In this document: one piece after another, positions 23,918-36,875 of the stretch
Layout of the letters: each line of letters starts with the position of its first letter
Numbering within the stretch: the stretch's first letter is position 1
From: Octopus bimaculoides
Lineage: Eukaryota
Assembly (NCBI RefSeq): GCF_001194135.2
Contig: NC_068981.1
Coordinates: 87,188,465 to 87,239,625, forward strand
DNA length: 51,161 nucleotides
Direction of reading: 5' to 3'
Position numbers and translations under genes: made by a program
The notes under the pieces: model-generated
Database searches by the model: none
What the model was told of the DNA's origin: nothing
What the model saw: only the letters and a program-made list of their open reading frames with translations

Positions 23918-25179
23918 CTGGAGTTAAAAGAACAAAAGAAGCAACAATTGTTAAACTTCAAAGATGAAATAGATTTAACTTCTTATCTAGCTGATTGGTG
24001 TAGAACAAGAGGTAACTTCACAGAACATAAAGTAAACAACTCTCTTATAGTTTAACTCTTTAGCATTTAAATTACTCCATCAAATGTAATGTTTATTCAC
24101 ATTGTCATGAATTAATCATTGATTATATCATAGATTAAACATTTCGATGATGTGGTTGTTTATTTTTCGGTTTTCAGATGAAATTGTAAAGAGAATCGCT
24201 TCATGGATTTCTGCTTACTCTCTTAGCAATGGCTTCAATGATTCTCCTTATATGAACTGAACAGCTTCTTCCCAAATTGGATTTGGTATTATTTGTACCA
24301 TTGGAAACTTTTTCTACATATTAAAAATAGTTATTCTGCAAGCATTTAATTGTTTTATCACCTCACAATTTTTTTTACCAGATGTGGAATTTACATTTAC
24401 CCATTATTTAAACATAATAATTTACCAATCATTCAAATATAAATTGAAATATTCTTATTTGCAAAAATAGCTGCAAATGTTGTATTATGCTTCCTAACAG
24501 TCTTTTATTTTATTGTTTACTTTTAAGTAAGTATGGCAGCTCAAACAAAACATAAGCAAATTGTAAGCATTCACTGGAAATGGCTAGTTTAAAGAATTGT
24601 AAAGTGATAAAACAGTTGAGAAAAAATTAAGAGCTATGGTGGAAACAAAGGGTGGCCATTTTGAATTGTAAATATATGTAAAATATATATAAAATATTGT
24701 CCATATATATAACAATCAACCTGTAAATTTTCCTTAACCAAAACCTAAAACTTTTTATTTTATGATTATATATACACTGGAAAAATATATACACTGCACC
24801 TAGTTCATCACTTATGTCTTTGGAAAAGGCATGGACATCATAAGGGACGTTTTCATGCAAAGATATAATACGCTCAATGACTTTAAAAAGAAATCACTAT
24901 TGAAGGTGCATGATGTGGCAAGCTACAGATGAGAAAACCCTGTTGAGCTGATTCAACAATTCTGTCATTCATTTTAATTCCTTTATTTTTTCCCATTAGG
25001 GTAATGACTTTTAACATTTTTTCTGAAATTGAACATGGCCAGGGTGACTTGATGCCATACTTACTTAAAAGCACGAAATCATGCTTTCCGGTTTTATCAG
25101 CAACAAAGCATTTTCCCAGAAACTAAGTTTAGAAACTTCCTAGACTTAGCAATGCATGTTGGAATTCACAAGCAATCTT

Positions 25180-25510
25180 GGCCATCCTCACTTACATGCT
25201 TCTACCACAAAGTAGGGAAAAACTCTACAACATGTGTTGTTTTATCAGCGGAAACTGGATGGAAATGTGGTTTTGTTTCCTAAGTCTTGACAGCATGGCC
25301 TACCAGAAACTTTCAGAAGAAGTTTCTGGATATACTAAAGCAAGCAAATGTTTGAAAGTTAATTGGAATCTTGAAGAATCAGTAATTCAAGAAGTTCAGC
25401 GTTCAAACATATGTGCTGAACGTGCAGTAAAAATAATGGAGGAATTAGATTGCAGGTCTTCTGAAAAATTGAATCTGCGATTTGTTTTAACCAACAAGGA
25501 TCTTTGAAAA
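25180..25510 (+). mobile_element. DNA-transposase C-terminal remnant, superfamily unassigned
   Basis: NICAERAVKIMEEL resembles the N-x-x-AER-x-VK motif of several DDE transposase C-termini; the rest is decayed. Confidence 0.4.
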
Positions 25511-25978
25511 TTGCTGTTGTATTAGACTTCACTTATTACATTAACATTTCATAACAGTACGTCTTATTACTTGAACAATATTTGCATATCCATAGTAAAA
25601 ATGTTGTCAAATATATTGCTATCGGTGGAGGAGATTCTGTGTCAATGAATGAAATTATTATGATTTTTTGTCATTACATCATAAAGTTCACCTTCTGGTA
25701 CCTTGGCTTTACTCGATTTGAAAAAGTCATTGCCCTATTTCCCATGTTTGCATGGATTTGAAGAACATGTTATTGAGACATTCTTATACAGTCAGATTTC
25801 CTTTCTTCATACTGGCCCTTAACTTCTTTTCAAGTGAGAGATCTCTTAATTAACATGGCTTCAAAGATACAAAGCCTACAGACTTGTTATTGACTGGAGA
25901 AGTACCAACAAAGATACCACTTGAACATCTTGACTTTGGAATAAGCACTTACTGATCTAAATAAACACACACACACTT

Positions 25979-26011
<33 letters not shown>

Positions 26012-26044
26012 CACACACGCGCACACACACACACACACACTTAC

Positions 26045-26210
26045 AGGAAGGAAGGACAGACATCTTTTTTAAGTTTCCAGCTACCAAATCCACCTCATAA
26101 AGTCTAGCAGAAGACACCAGCTAACCCAAGGTGCCATTCAGTAAAATTGACCCTAAAACCACATGGTTCATAAATTCACTTTTTAACGGCACAGCCATGT
26201 CTATGCCTAT
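26045..26210 (-). mobile_element. SINE family A head fragment
   Basis: ttccagctaccaaatccac...gaagacacc...cccaaggtgcca...accacatggtt. Confidence 0.65.
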
Positions 26211-26664
26211 CCCAGGAAATATAATTAATAATGGTGAAGTATAATATCACAAATGAACAGGCTTCAAAAAATGGGTTTACATATTGATAAACAGAAAACC
26301 AGAGAGCAAGGAAACAAATGAGTCTTCCTCTCCTCGGTAAAGCAAATCATTAATAAAAGTCATGAAAATAAGTGTGCCATAAGGAGTAACACATTCAGTG
26401 GTATCTAACAAATACCCTTCTTCCCAATAGTAGATAGGGAAATTTTCAAGAGGAGGAATATGTGAAGGCAAATGAAAGTAGCGAATTGTAGGTTTGATAT
26501 ATATAAAAAATTATTCAAATCTGAAAGTGCAATATTTTCTCAGAAAATAAATTTGAATCAAATGGAGGTGAGATATTGTTTCCATATCCAGAAGGATGGA
26601 TTTAATGTGAAAAATATTTGGAAATCATAGCCATAAATAGAAGTGGTTAAAAAATATGCCCTAC

Positions 26665-26765
26665 CTTTTCAACTACTGATTCTTCATCATGTGTCTCTTC
26701 GTCATGTACAGAACTTATGGATTTTAATCTCTGTCGTTGGGATGATGATATTTCATCATCAGCTC
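26665..26765 (-). CDS. ABCB1: ABCB1-like linker exon (101 nt, phase 1-0); alternative in-frame acceptor would start it at 26843
   Basis: caatatag|GA GCT...GAA AAG|gtaggg. Translates (R)ADDEISSSQRQRLKSISSVHDEETHDEESVVEK, a basic/Ser plus acidic linker. The donor is firm; the acceptor is ambiguous between 26765 and 26843. Confidence 0.85.
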
Positions 26766-26899
26766 CTATATTGCAAATAATTAAATTTGTATTTAATTTA
26801 TTGTTGTACATAGATTCAACAAAAGAAAAATTGCATCCCTCAGCTGCAGAAACAAAACAATAATAGAAATAATATATACTGACAAAATACAATATTGTA

Positions 26900-27300
26900 T
26901 AGTAAATTTTACCATTTAATACTGTTTTATTCTACCAAAGATTTTGCCTAGTTAATTTACCAGATACATGTTTAAAACAGCAGAAATTTGATAAAATTGT
27001 CTAAATTTCTTTCTTTTGAGAAACTTGAGCATGAATTTTCATGTTCAAGTTCCTCAGAAGAAATAAATTCATGATATTCATCAATGAAACAAATCAATAT
27101 GTTAGAATTATATAACATAAAAAAAGAAATGATCTAAAATAGTTTTATTGTAGATAATTTCTCTCTTTTTTATGCTATATAAAAGCTAATTCTAACATAT
27201 TGATCGGTTTCAGTGACAAATGTCATGAATTTATTTGTTTCAAATAAATTAACTGAGAGCAGAAAGTTATTACACCAGTGGAAAATTTAGTTTTTTTTTT
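26900..27300. mobile_element. Degenerate long-TIR MITE with an internal 25-bp palindrome (27011-27062)
   Basis: 27062-27098 matches the reverse complement of 27200-27236 at ~30/37; palindrome arms match at 22/25. Confidence 0.5.
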
Positions 27301-27764
27301 CTCTGAAGAATGAAACTAGATCAATACAACATATTTATAAATACAATACAATAATTATAAGATGTTTTCAGAGTAATTATAAACACATACATATAAATGA
27401 ACCTATTAATAGTAAAAATAAAATAAAATTGATGTTTAGACGCATAACAGCTTTGAGATAAGAAACTTTCTCCATATTTACAACATAAGTACCAATTCTC
27501 CTATGATGACAGCAAGGTGGCAGCATAAGTATCAGTGGCACACTGTAAGTGTGAATAATTAAATAGTCAAACAAATTTTCAGACTTGATGATGGACAATT
27601 CTGACATTTGTGTTCCTTTCAATGAGTACACAATGGAAAAAGTTAAGACTGTTTACTGCAGAGATATTTGCTTCATGGTCAAAATTATGATGCCAAAAAG
27701 TGACAAGACACTAAGTTTAATCTAAACTGGAATCATAATTCTTATAATAGTTTCAAATTTTGAC

Positions 27765-27960
27765 ACATAGCCACCAATTTCAGAGGAAGGGTTAAGTTGA
27801 TTTCATCGACCCCAGTTTTCAAATGGTACATATTTTATTAATCCCAAAAGGATGAAAGGTAAAGTTGACCTCAGCGGAATTTGAGCTCAGAACACAAAGA
27901 CAGACAAAATATCACTAAGCTTTTTTCCCAGCATGCTAACAATTGTGCCTCCTCACCGCC
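27765..27960 (-). mobile_element. SINE family B copy
   Basis: Same core read on the minus strand: aaattccgctgaggtcaactttacctttcatcc...gtacca. Confidence 0.8.
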
Positions 27961-28724
27961 TTAATTCTTATAATTGATGTAAATACAACTACCATGAAAT
28001 TAATCGGTTGTTATTACCAGTGATTGCTTAGGAAAGAACAATGGTCACCAATCTTAAATATCTAGTGGTCACTCCAGAATAAAAAAAATAGTTGAAGTCA
28101 TGGGAGAAGACTCATGATAGAGGATGACAGTATACTTTAAGAGCTTATTCAGAGGTGGTCAGATTTTTCATGACTTAATTTCAGGAGGGAGGGCATGCAT
28201 ACATGATTTTGATTTTTTCTTTTTTTTTTCTTTTTTTTTTACATGATGTGGGTCAGTGATTGGTAAGAAAGAGAAGAAGAAACCACAATTCATGATTACT
28301 GTCTGACCAAAAGCCTGATCTGAATGACTGGAGTAGACAAGATTTCACTAGAGAAATTCTGGTTAGTTAAACCAAGCGATGTTTAAGCCAACTACATTCA
28401 ATCAACAGACTTCTTCACAGTTTCTGCATGGCAGAAAGCTCACTCAAAGTTTAGATTGGCTCTAGACGAGATTCCACAAATTGGGATAGAAATCAAAATG
28501 ACAGAACTGTGCACCAAACTAGTTAAGCACGTGACTATGCCAGCAAGTATAGCGGACCTAAAGTCATTTATTGTACACAATATATGGTTCACCTTGAAAA
28601 GGATTTCTACTAGCATTTCTGTTGTTATCAGCCCCTGGTCACCGCTGATCAATCAGCTTCATGTTCAAACACATTCCAGTGGTAACCATCTTGTCATTTT
28701 AGGAGTAGATAGAACAGCGTTATC

Positions 28725-28917
28725 TATGAGGGGGTGCTGAGAATGTCCTGCTTTGAGTAAAGGAAAATACTGGAGGATCAGTTAATTAAGATTTTATTCA
28801 ACATATTCCCCTCTCAGATTCACACACTTATTGCAGGTTTTCTAAGCTCAGTAAAAGAACTCAGAAGGTTGGGCCTTCAACTAGGTTTTTCACAATATCC
28901 TTAAAGCCAGGAACTTT
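28725..28917 (-). mobile_element. Mariner-derived MITE (3' end), interrupted by a CR1-like LINE
   Basis: TIR tatgagggggtgctgagaatgtcctgctttg and partial second TIR aaagccaggaactt. The minus strand resembles a mariner C-terminal sequence. Confidence 0.65.
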
Positions 28918-29230
28918 AGTCTGGGTTTCAAGGGCCTTAAAGCCAGGTGCAATAGTCTGGGTTTCAAGGGCCTGCAATTGTTCAATATCCTACCAGGCAA
29001 CCTTAGAGATCTACATCGTGTTGATGTGGGAGTTTTCAAGGAATGTCTGGACAAGTTTCTATCTGAGATACCAGATGAATCCACATCACAGCAGCAGATG
29101 TAAAGAAGCTCCGTCCAACTCGCTACTTTACCAAAAATAATACTGGAAACAACACCGAGTAACTACAGGTGGTGCACCAACATGACCTCAACCCTCAGCT
29201 GAAACCAGTAAAAAGATAAAAGATAAAAAG

Positions 29231-29232
<2 letters not shown>
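28918..29232 (+). mobile_element. CR1/L2-group LINE 3' end with (AAGATA)n tail
   Basis: NSLGFKGLQLFNILPGNLRDLHRVDVGVFKECLDKFLSEIPDE matches the LFN.LP...FK..LD.FL..IPD.P terminus. 36-bp tandem duplication at the 5' junction. Confidence 0.8.
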
Positions 29233-29264
<32 letters not shown>

Positions 29265-29303
29265 TATATTATATATATATATTATCTGTCTCTCTCTATC
29301 TAT

Positions 29304-29352
<49 letters not shown>

Positions 29353-29399
29353 CTAAATGTTTCAAGTACATGTACTTATCGTGCTACTAATAGTTTCCC

Positions 29400-31350
29400 A
29401 CACATGCGTACGTTCCTCTATCAACCCCATTACTAAATAGTGCCCTTCTTTTTGCGAGGAAATACACTAACCTTAGCATGAATTAAATTAACCTTATACT
29501 AGCGGCCCGTAAATCCATAATTAATTTTGACAACAAATTCTGGACGAGAAAAGATACTCTCAGTTACTTTGATATCATAATGGATGCCGCAGACGCCACC
29601 CAAGTGACTGACCTTGTTGCAATCTATCTTCTATCCGACCTGCATGGTGAATTTCCTGAAATTGGGTGAGGATTCTATAGAGACGATGCACTTTTCATCA
29701 TAAAAAATGCATCCAATAGAAAATTAGAACTACTTAAGAAAAGTTTTATATGTTTTTCAAAAGGCATGGTCTTTCTATCTCCATCGAGAGGGAAAATAAT
29801 TCAATTAACTTCTTAGACGTTAACTTCAATTTAACAACTAGATTGCATGAACCTTTCAGGAAAACTAATTCTAATTTAAGTTATATTAACTTCCTAAGTA
29901 ACCATCCAAGATCAATTTAAAACGCACTAGCCTTCATCATTAGTAAGAGACTAACCTATTTATCGTTTAATGTAGAAATATTTAATATGTATGCAAACCA
30001 CTACGACACTACTCTAGCAAACGTTGGATATAGGGATAAAATGGAATACCATCAACCTAACAACATTAATGAATATAACACAACTATTTATAAGTAAAAA
30101 AATATGACTGTTAAAGTTTATAATCCCACCATAACTAGTAATATAATTAATAATAAGCATATAACTAGTAACAAACAATTAAAAATGATAACAAACCCAA
30201 GGTCATTTCAAATTAAAATAATAGTACCAATCATAATAATAGAAAAACCAATACTAAGCTATTTCATAAACCCAAGATAAATAAAAATAATCAACCAATT
30301 TGCAATTATAAGGATCTCTACAATGATGAAAACATAATTAATAAACATATTGAAATGAATAACCAATTAATCTCTTCCGATACCAGCACCACTGCTAATC
30401 CATATAATGCTCTGAATAATAATATTAAACCAAATACTGACTTCATTAGCTCTAAAAAAATATAAAAGGGATTACAACATACCTATAAATAACAAACACC
30501 CTGATAAATCTAATAAAATATGGTTTATTATTCCATATGCAATGCAAATTTAAAATAACATTGTTAAATCTATATTTAAAGTCATTCATAAATACTTTAT
30601 CATTGATAATAGATATAATGAAATAATAAACTACAAAACTGTTAAGATTGGTTTTAGCCTAACTCCTAGCTTATTTACAATCATATCATCAGTTAACAAC
30701 AAGAAATTAAATAAATTCTACACCAATAGAAATGCCCATAGCAATAATTCTACTAATTCCCCTGAACTTAAACTATATCTCCCAAACTCCACTAACCCTA
30801 ATAATTACGCTCATATAAATCCCAATAATGGAACCACGATAACCCATAGTAACACTACTAATACAAATTCCTCTAATAGATTCACACATAACAATATTTA
30901 TGAAAATCGTGATTGTAGAGTTAAAACTAATTGTAAATTTAAGAATTCATGTAAAAGAAAAAATGTTGTATATCAATGCACTATTATAGTTCAGTGTAAA
31001 AAATATTTTTCGCAACTTTATATACAACTTATAAATCTACTTTACTTCCTAACCTTTTTACATTGTACTTTATTTGTATTGTAATTTACACTATAATCTC
31101 TATTTATTCTTTCATTTATTACTCTAATTCTATTTACCTACTCTATCGTACCACCAACCAACCTGCAAACCCCTCGCCCAAACACTTAAAAATATAAAGC
31201 ATAAAAAGCATCATTCAGTCTGCTGTGATGAATATACAAAAAAAAACCATACAAAACATCTAGGGGTATATTTTTTCCCCTCTGAAGAGATTATGTTCAG
31301 AAATATGAATTTAATATTTGATTAATGTAACTGAAACAGCTGTAAGGGAT
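29400..31350 (+). mobile_element. Penelope-like element 1 (RT, thumb, start of GIY-YIG, HHR-bearing terminal repeat), decayed
   Basis: FDIIMDAADATQVTDLVAIYLL; YRDDALF; NFLDVNFNL; YINFLSNHP; KIWFIIPY; CRVKTNCKFKNSCKRKNVVYQCTI. Confidence 0.88.
31278..31348 (+). ncRNA. Type-I hammerhead motif at the 3' end of a Penelope-like element
   Basis: CCCT-CTGAAGA-GATTATGTT...AATGTAACT-GAAA-CAGCT-GTA^AGGG. Stem I 4 bp; palindromic ACAGCTGT stem III; stem II with wobbles and one mismatch. Confidence 0.75.
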
Positions 31351-31622
31351 AATGATCGATTTGTTGCTGATAATAAACTCTTATTAACTTCGAATTCTCC
31401 ATTTTCTTCTTCCTCATTTACATGAATATAATCTACAGTTTATATACAAACCTATTATTTTAGGGAAATCATTTCCCAAAAAAATAATAGGTATTGAACC
31501 AGTATTTCCTTGGATGACACCATCCTTTCACGAGGCTAACATAACCTGTAACTGAATTACATCCTGAATTACATGAATTACATTCTCCGTTTTCCTTTTC
31601 TCTTGGACTTTCCTCTGTCACC

Positions 31623-31659
31623 TGTCTCTGAAGAAGAGCTTTGCTCGAAACGTAAAACA
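31623..31659 (+). ncRNA. Minimal type-I hammerhead motif, intact core
   Basis: TGTCT-CTGAAGA-A-GAGC(TTT)GCTC-GAAA-C-GTA^AAACA. Stem I 4/5 bp; palindromic ACGT stem III. Confidence 0.8.
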
Positions 31660-31717
31660 ACTTTCTTTCCTTCCCTGAGCAAACTCACAAAGCGTATACA
31701 TTAAACATCTGTGGTCG

Positions 31718-31795
<78 letters not shown>

Positions 31796-32141
31796 NNNNN
31801 NNNNNNNNNNNNNNNNNNNNNNNNNNNNNNNNNNNNNNNNNNNNNNNNNNNNNNNNNNNNNNNNNNNNNNNNNNNNNNNNNNNNNNNNNNNNNNNNNNNN
31901 NNNNNNNNNNNNNNNNNNNNNNNNNNNNNNNNNNNNNNNNNNNNNNNNNNNATATATATATATATATATATATATACCTTGGTGGTAAACTGAAAGAATT
32001 AGTTCTTGATGTTGCATGGGCAGATAAATAGTTACTTTTTATAGGGTTCAATAGCTCAGTACCATATTTTTGGTGAGAATATATTCGTACAAAATCTATG
32101 GCATCAGACAATTGAATTCTATTAAAATAAAGTGTGTGTGT

Positions 32142-32217
<76 letters not shown>

Positions 32218-32446
32218 GTCTGTGTCGGTGTGCGCACGTGCGTGCTCGTGTGTGGAGAGGAAAAGAAATGAAGAGATAGAGAGATGACATATTTGAGGAC
32301 AAATGCTTGAATAGCTGAAAATAATGGTTGTGTAAGCTGACTTGGACCGAGAAAGACTTGCTCGTTTATTGAAGAAATGATTTGTTGAAATTTCTTAGGG
32401 CTACAAATGTACCAATGATAAATTGCTTCCTCGTTATATTACTTAC

Positions 32447-32486
32447 TGTTTTCTTCTGATTCTTCTGTTCCTTCTGTTTTTAGTCT
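32447..32486 (-). CDS. ABCB1: ABCB1-like linker micro-exon (40 nt, phase 0-1)
   Basis: tatttcag|AGA CTA AAA ACA GAA GGA ACA GAA GAA TCA GAA GAA AAC A|gtaagt = RLKTEGTEESEEN plus 1 nt. Acidic linker-like peptide, and the only exon I found that reconciles the phase-0 upstream and phase-1 downstream exons. Confidence 0.85.
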
Positions 32487-32769
32487 CTGAAATAATATGA
32501 TGGAAGTAGAATAAATTTTTCTATGATCTTCAGTTTATGTGATTGATAGAATATTTTAAAGTCAAATATTTAAGCAGTGATCAAAGGTGAGAATTGTTTC
32601 AACAATCTATTTAATAACTTTTTTCTAGCATTTTTGTCTCTTAAAAGTAATTATAGTTGTGTGATGCATATAAACAAAATAGTAAATATATTACTACATA
32701 CATACATGCATACATACATACATAATTCATACCAATAATAATTAGAGCACTAGGTTTTGTTAGTAAATG

Positions 32770-32970
32770 CTTAAAGGAGAATGGGATTTTCAGAAAGAGA
32801 AATCAACCGACTAATTCGTACATTACGAGTGCAATATGTGAGTGGAACAGTAAAAATATGCATGACTTTCTCGAGTTCCAAATGTGAATTTGCCTGTGTT
32901 AACTACATTCCAAAGACGGAGCTTTGTATCTTTGTTGGAAACCAGCTCCCTCCTCAGTGGAAGTTTTATA
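32770..32970 (+). mobile_element. RLE-type non-LTR element 3' terminus
   Basis: MGFSEREINRLIRTLRVQYVSGTVKICMTF resembles the SGTVKICKTF terminus of RLE-type elements. Confidence 0.55.
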
Positions 32971-33434
32971 ATTATTAAAAAATAGAAGAGATATACATAC
33001 ATACATACATACATACATACATACATACATACACACATACCTGCATGCATACATACATACATACATACATACATGCATACATATTTTGTCTAAAACAGTC
33101 AACGTTTCTCATTCACAACGCTCTTACAGTCTATCATGCACAGAAATAAATTCATTACATCTACATCCTGTTTTGCTTCCAATTCCACATAAAGATCGCT
33201 CCCAAAATGCCTTTTTAAACATTGGATATTACATTCACACAATGGCCACATGCAAAACCCCTTCATTCATTCATTCATTCCAACCAAATAAAGCTAACGT
33301 TTTTCAAGGTGTATTTTCTACTCTCTTCAAAATGCTAACTTCGTCATTAGTTGCTACTCGCCTTAGCAAAAACAAAACACAGAGATATTCCAGTTGTAGT
33401 TACCCATAATCTCAGAAACCACATTATCAGCCAA

Positions 33435-33506
33435 ATTAGAGTCACAAATTATAGAATTTATTATTAGACACAAATTATAGACATTAGAGTCACAAATTAT
33501 AGACAT
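33435..33506. repeat. Short minisatellite, ~22-bp unit attagagtcacaaattatagac x3
   Basis: Direct reading. Confidence 0.75.
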
Positions 33507-34155
33507 CCAAAGACAACCACCATATCTTAAAAGACTTATCAAAGGCGAAATTTACATCAAAATAATGCAGTTAACAAAATGTGGAGACCTTCGTTGTAAG
33601 ACTTGCAAATTTACTGAACAGGACAAAATCCCAAATTTTCAGAATGGGAAGGGATGGAAGATTAATGCAAACATGAATTGCTAAACTAAACATCCCGTTG
33701 ACTGCATAATGGCCCACAATACAATGGAAATCATTTTGGCTATGCAGGATCAAAATGAATAGACCAGGTTTGGGTGCATAAGCAACAAGTCAATGATTCC
33801 TTTCTTAGAAACGTTCTGTGTAGTCAAAATATAAGCATTTGAACAAATTAAAAGTACAAAATATTCCCTTTTCTCAAAGCAAAAGAAGAAAATAATCAAT
33901 TCTAAATCCGAAACTAAGCTGGAAATAATAAACACCACTTCTAAAATGAACTACCTCTAAATGGATTATCTAATAACTCAAGTTTAAACGACTGTAAACA
34001 GCGAAAAGCACTTAACATAATGCAAAACCTTCTTTCCATAAGATCTATATCAATCTGTTGCTTTAAATTTTTTTATGTAATTATTACTTTTTAATTTAAG
34101 AAAGTCTTTCTTTGAATATAGTGACTGTTTCAAGAAATATTTTTCTGAAAGCACA

Positions 34156-34186
<31 letters not shown>

Positions 34187-34394
34187 CACACACACCATCA
34201 TCATCATCATCATCATCATTTAGCGCCCGTTTTTCATGCTAGCATCGGTTAGATCGTTTTACTTGAACTGGTAAGCTGGTAAGCCGGAGTGCTGAACCAG
34301 GCTCCAATTGTCTGTTTACCTGCATATCCATCTACCTATATATATATATTGGCCTACATAACATTCTACTAACAAATCTACCAGTGTATGTATA

Positions 34395-35400
34395 TACTGT
34401 AGGTATTGGATTGGGGTATCACACCATCTGCGTGTATTTTCTATCTAGTACAGAGGTTGTTTCATTTATGAGGATGTACACCTGTATTTGAGTGAGTGAT
34501 GGGTCCTTCAGGTGCTTGGATAAAATGTGGATGTCAAACCGGCCTAGTGTGCTTCCACGGTGATCTTTGGCATATTGGTAGAGTATGGAGGACTCTTTTT
34601 TGTCATCATATTGTCTCAAATGTTAATTTAATCTCTCCGTAATGTTTCTAGATGTCTTACCAATGCATGTCATGTTCTTGTCTTTACAAACACCCTCTAT
34701 GCACCTTATGCTGTAGAATACATTTCTAGTTCTACAGTTAATGCCAGGGTTAATCTTAGATACCATGCAGTTCTCACTGGTGCATGTGGTATTCTCGAAG
34801 GTGTACGTCCTACGTAACTGTGATCTGATGGAGCTCCCGACATTTCAACGGTCTTAATGTTGAGTTCGGTCTCCTTCCAGAGCTTTCCTAAATCAACGGG
34901 ATAGTTCTCCATATGCTGTGGTCTCTACAAGCATCATTCCTTGATATTTGTCAGCTTTGTACCATGTGTTCGCCCAGTTTACTTCGTCACAAACTCTCTG
35001 TATCCTATTCCAGTCTTTACTTCTGTATCTAGGACAGGTGCCATTGGTTTCATTACACATAATGCTATCTAACTTCTTTCTAGCTCCTCTGTATCATCAA
35101 ACCCTATCTTTCTGATCATATCCAGAGAATTGCATGTAGTGCATGAAGTTCTGTACATGTTTCCTTGTTTTATAGGATTCGCATACGGGGAACACGTCAT
35201 TCATTATCCTAACTAAGTCTACTATCAGTATGTTGATCTTCATGTTGTGTGACAAAGCTGAGTTCTTGTGAACAACATATTTAGAAGCTATGGATTTCAT
35301 GTAATAGAAGTGGAGGAGCTGCATTTTGTTGTTCACAGTCTCTAACTAAAATTTAGTATCAAGGACAGGGAGTCTATTGTTAGGGTGCCTAGTGAGGTAA
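34395..35400 (-). mobile_element. Penelope-like element 2 (thumb plus GIY-YIG endonuclease), decayed
   Basis: SKYVVHKNSAL...KINILIVDLVRIM...MQFSGY; NCRTRNVFYSIRC...CIGKTSRNITERLN*H; SILYQYAKDH...KHLKDP. Confidence 0.82.
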
Positions 35401-35489
35401 TCTATAGTTACCTTGATATTTTGGTGGATGAAGTTAGGTATGTGCTGGATGCTCTCCATTATGCTCCTCTCAATTTCTACATTACTGCT

Positions 35490-36027
35490 ATTTTGCACCA
35501 TCATTTATTAATTCCTTTTTGGTTTTTAATTGCTAACGAGCCACCTATATTATAATGTTATTAATATATCTTAATATATTAACATATCATTAGAATATCT
35601 TTTTGCATTGATAATATACACTTTAATCATTTTGAATTTTAGCGCTTGCTTATCAAATTTTTTCTTCTCATGAAATATTACGAGGTAGGCTATCTCTTTA
35701 ACCCTGAGTAGTGGTAGAGGCCTCTGACAAGAAACAAGATCCTTCTGATCAAATTTCGAAATCATGTGATAAGGCTTTTTCCAACTATTTCATTCTGTGA
35801 GTTTATCTCACAAGGAAAAGATCGTTTAGCTCACTGTGTTCAAATCCCGTAAATATCATGAGGTTAGTGTTTTTTGTGGCTTCTGAGTTAAATTTTGACT
35901 CTCATTTCTAGCAATTCCCGGTGCTATCTTGCACCATAATTTATTAATTCCTTTTGGTTTTTAATTGCTAACGAACCACCTATATTATAATGTATTTAAT
36001 ATATCTTAATATATTAACATATCATTA
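35490..36027. repeat. ~100-bp direct repeat (35490-35591 and 35927-36027) next to Penelope-like element 2
   Basis: ttgcacca..atttattaattcc...atatattaacatatcatta occurs twice with few differences. Confidence 0.8.
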
Positions 36028-36875
36028 TAATNNNNNNNNNNNNNNNNNNNNNNNNNNNNNNNNNNNNNNNNNNNNNNNNNNNNNNNNNNNNNNNNNNNNN
36101 NNNNNNNNNNNNNNNNNNNNNNNNNNNNNNNNNNNNNNATATATATACATACATACATACATACATACATACATACACTACCAGGTGTTATGGGACAGTT
36201 CAAGAGAAATTCAAGCAAAGCTGATCATTTGTAACTTATCTACAAGTGAGTCTAGAAATAATCTTCATGTTACCTATTCATGTTCATGAAGTAGCAGTGT
36301 GTGCCATAGACAAATGAATGCTAAAGCTGCACGGGGTCCCCTCAATGAACAAGTTTATTGTTCAGGTAGTAAACTACAAAATTCTTATATTCATCCATTT
36401 CCTGTGATTCAGGTCTCTTTGTGGTCCCAGAAGACAAAATGGAAAAGGCATTGCCACAGAGGGTGGCGAGGGAGATGCACTGGAACAGCGACTCTGACTC
36501 ACGAGGCTCACTCTTGCAGATAGCTGTCTCCACCCCGCTAGGAGTGAGCAGGGATATGGTCCGGGGGCCGAGAACACCGGAGGTCTTCATTGCCACAGGG
36601 TCGACTGCAAACCTGTCAGAGAGCGACAGATACTTTGACATAGTACCATATGCTGCTCTTTGTGACGATCCTATTCAATAATTAAAATTGGATTTTAATT
36701 ATCTTTTTATCTTGTCTTGATTTTATCTTTTCTGCAATATACTAGTAGTAGTTTTTTTTTCTTTCCTCTTTTTTTTTTCTTTTGAGTACACAAAAACTCA
36801 GTATTTTAAGGAAAATGGAATTGATGATTGTTGCTGAGTGCGTTAATCAGTAAACATGAAAGGGGATATGAGCAA

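Noticed and set aside
27011-27062. CTGAGGA...GAAA on the minus strand (and CTGAAGA at 27303)
   Set aside because: The first is explained by a MITE palindrome and the second has no stem II.
36299-36681. GC-richer ORFs (36421-36681 and overlaps) as a nested gene
   Set aside because: No recognisable domain, start context or splice pattern; probably an unclassified repeat fragment.
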